Positions 22,116 through 64,000 of a DNA stretch of 64,000 nucleotides are shown here, one piece after another (the first letter of the stretch is position 1; every line of letters starts with the position of its first letter). Origin of the DNA: Amoebidium appalachense (lineage: Eukaryota; Protista; Ichthyosporea). The stretch is taken from NCBI GenBank assembly GCA_963693365.1, contig CAVNZM010000017.1:1279989-1343988 (forward strand). The letters are read 5' to 3'. Made by a program: the position numbers and the translations under genes. Under the pieces are notes generated by a model. That model had not been told where the DNA came from. It searched no databases and saw only the letters and a list, made by a program, of their open reading frames with translations.

Positions 22116-23202
22116 TACTCCTTTTTCAGTGATACTTTGTAGTAGACTTTCTGCTAAATTCGAACCCAGTTTGATTTGGTGCTATGTAAAGTTTTGTCTT
22201 TGTCCTTCCCGTTCGGTTTTTCTCCTAACACGGTGACCATGGTGTATTTATATCCTGTAATTCTGATGTACATATATATATGTATAGCACCGGGGGCGCC
22301 GCAGTCTAGTGCACGTGTGTGACCGTGCTTGAAAACGCAGTAAGCCACACATGCACACGATGGGCAGTGCTCCCATCGATTTCCAAAGGATGTACAGTAT
22401 AAAAACCGTATACTCAAGAGGGCTTTTTTTCTTCTTTTTTTCGGGTGGGTGGTTGCGTGAAAAGGGGAGGGGAGAGGGGGGGAGGGACGCGAGGGGGGGG
22501 GGGGAGGGGTAGGGGGAGTGGAGAAAGAAGGAAAGGTTCACATACTTGTGGAAGAACAGTTTACATGCAATGCATGCACCCTTTTAAATGGTCACTATGT
22601 TCTTGTGTGACTTTACGATCGCGAGACATCATTGCTTTGGTGATTGCATTGAATATAGTTGTTTATTACCAAGATGCCAGATCTAACTATGTTCCTTCAA
22701 AGGATATGAAGCGTATATTGCATGCACCCAGTAGCGATTAAATAAACACATAAAACATATCATCGCGTTCAAGTACACAGGATACAATGATACCAAAAGA
22801 AAACAATTACATTTATTCATTCGGTATAGTAAAACGTATTCAAGTAATGTTAGGTTCTAGGTCAGCACGCACATACACAACCATTTCGATTTTTCTATAT
22901 ACGTGGGTGTGTTACTAATTCTTGAATCTATACGTTGCATATACACACATGTGGAATAATGGGTATATATAGTATCCTAGTCGGCCCATTAATCTAGATG
23001 AAAGGTCGGAATATCATTCGATCCAAGATATATTGTAGAAATGATTTTGGCCATAACTGTATGGTTCATTTACGGATAAGGAGTAACTTTGGCCAATCGG
23101 CAAATAAACGGAATGTGGCAAATAACTGAAATATTTTCATCGGCTATGATAGTGTATATAGAACACATGGTGGATACGGTCGTGGAGAGTGTGGATATCA
23201 TA

Positions 23203-23242
<40 letters not shown>

Positions 23243-23298
23243 CTGTGCATGTGCGTGTGTGTGTGGAATAATAATTCCTCGAGTCAACCATATTGTTT

Positions 23299-62680
<39,382 letters not shown>

Positions 62681-62805
62681 CTGATTTTGCATTTGTCCCC
62701 CCCACCCCCTCCCCCCCCCCTCCCCCCTCCCCCCCCCCCCCCCCCCCGCCCGCCTTTTTGCCTCATTTGTGTGTGTGTTTGTGGGTTGGGGGCAGGCGGG
62801 TGGGT

Positions 62806-62840
<35 letters not shown>

Positions 62841-63034
62841 ATACTGGAATCACTATAAATAGCCATGATTTACACCTGTTGTGCCCTTATTCCATGGAGA
62901 ACGGTTATACAGTGTAACAAGTTGAAACGAATGAACGTACATAAACATATCCTGTAGTCTAGTCGCCCCCCCCTTTTCTCTCCCCCCAAGCACAAAAATC
63001 ATGTCTTGCCTGCCCCCCCCCCCCTCCCCCCCCC

Positions 63035-63074
<40 letters not shown>

Positions 63075-63499
63075 CCCCCCCACCCCTTTAAGGAGGAACA
63101 ACCTTTACAAACTAACATATCCTACAGTGATGTTTAAACCAGTCTGCTCTTGTTTCTTTCACCCCTGACACAAAGACACAATATCTCGCTTCCACTCCTC
63201 TTCCCCCAGCCCCACTTTCCTGCTCCCCCCCCCCCTCCCTCCCATCCCCCCCCCCCCCCCCCCCCCCAATTTCCTCGCCTCCACTCTACCTCTCCCCTCC
63301 AATGTCACTCCCCCCACCTCCCCCCCCCCTTTCCTCCAGTGCGCTGCCGCCCTCAGACACGCTTTCCCTCTTGCTCCCCTCCCCCCCCCCCCCCCCCAAA
63401 AAAAAAAAAAAAAAAAAAGTTCACATGGACCCGCTTCCCCTGCCACCTACATCCCATCACCATTCACTCGACTACCAACCACAATAGATCGAACCCCTT

Positions 63500-63945
63500 C
63501 CTACACCAACCACCGCAAATTAACAATCTATACATACCCACCAATCAAATCACCCATCACCACACTTACACATTACACATATCTACCCTCGCCAAGAGAT
63601 CCACCGCCTTCCCCCATCCACCTACATCACTCAGCCCCATCACCATTCCTTTAACCACCAATTAACATAGCTTATTGACTCTCACCAACCTATCACCACA
63701 AAGCATATACCTTCATACACCAATCACCACAAATTATACCCTTTCATACACCAACCATTACAAATTAACAGTCAATGTATATCCACCAATCAAAACCACC
63801 CATCACCACACTTGCACCTTAGACATATTTATTTACAAACCACCCATCACACACACTTACACATTAGACATATATTCATCAATCCAATCACCCATCAGCA
63901 CACTTACACATTAATCATATCCACCCTAGCCAAGAGATCCACGGC
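63500..63945. repeat. Degenerate CA-rich tandem duplication
   Basis: CCCATCAC..CACACTTACACATTA.ACATAT recurs several times; CCCT.GCCAAGAGATCCAC occurs at ~63587 and ~63924. Confidence 0.6.
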
Positions 63946-64000
63946 CCCAGCAACCAAATTTGCCGTAGGCTGACCAAGAAGCATGCCGGCACCATTGTCT

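Noticed and set aside
62875-62951. Further upstream NIPBL exon (DMFMYVHSFQLV...)
   Set aside because: AG/GT borders exist, but I could not confirm phase compatibility or homology, so it is left out of the model.

Overview
Eukaryotic genomic DNA (spliceosomal GT-AG introns filled with poly-G/poly-C tracts and (CA)n/(GA)n microsatellites). Gene content suggests a unicellular holozoan-like protist, but that is inference. Almost all ORFs in the supplied track are simple-repeat artefacts. Four protein-coding genes were reconstructed by hand: an MNK-like kinase (- strand, 10 exons, 9412 to <1), a VIT1/CCC1 iron transporter (+, 4 exons), a bacterial-type GH20 beta-N-acetylhexosaminidase (+, 2 exons) and a ~40-exon Scc2/NIPBL cohesin loader with an internal PHD finger (-, ~62680 to 23299; 5' end probably outside the window). 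The most novel signal is a dispersed element with about 14 full or partial copies. It is always bounded by C/G homopolymer tracts and carries a ~155-nt core whose helices, pseudoknot and palindromic loops covary between divergent copies, i.e. a candidate undescribed structured RNA or ribozyme-like module in a poly(C)-targeted mobile element. Other notable signals are repeated duplication of splice junctions into neighbouring introns, (GT)n...(AC)n bracketed introns, several MITE-like elements and SLIP1/MIF4G-binding-like motifs in the kinase. All alignments and folds were done by eye and coordinates may be off by a few nt.
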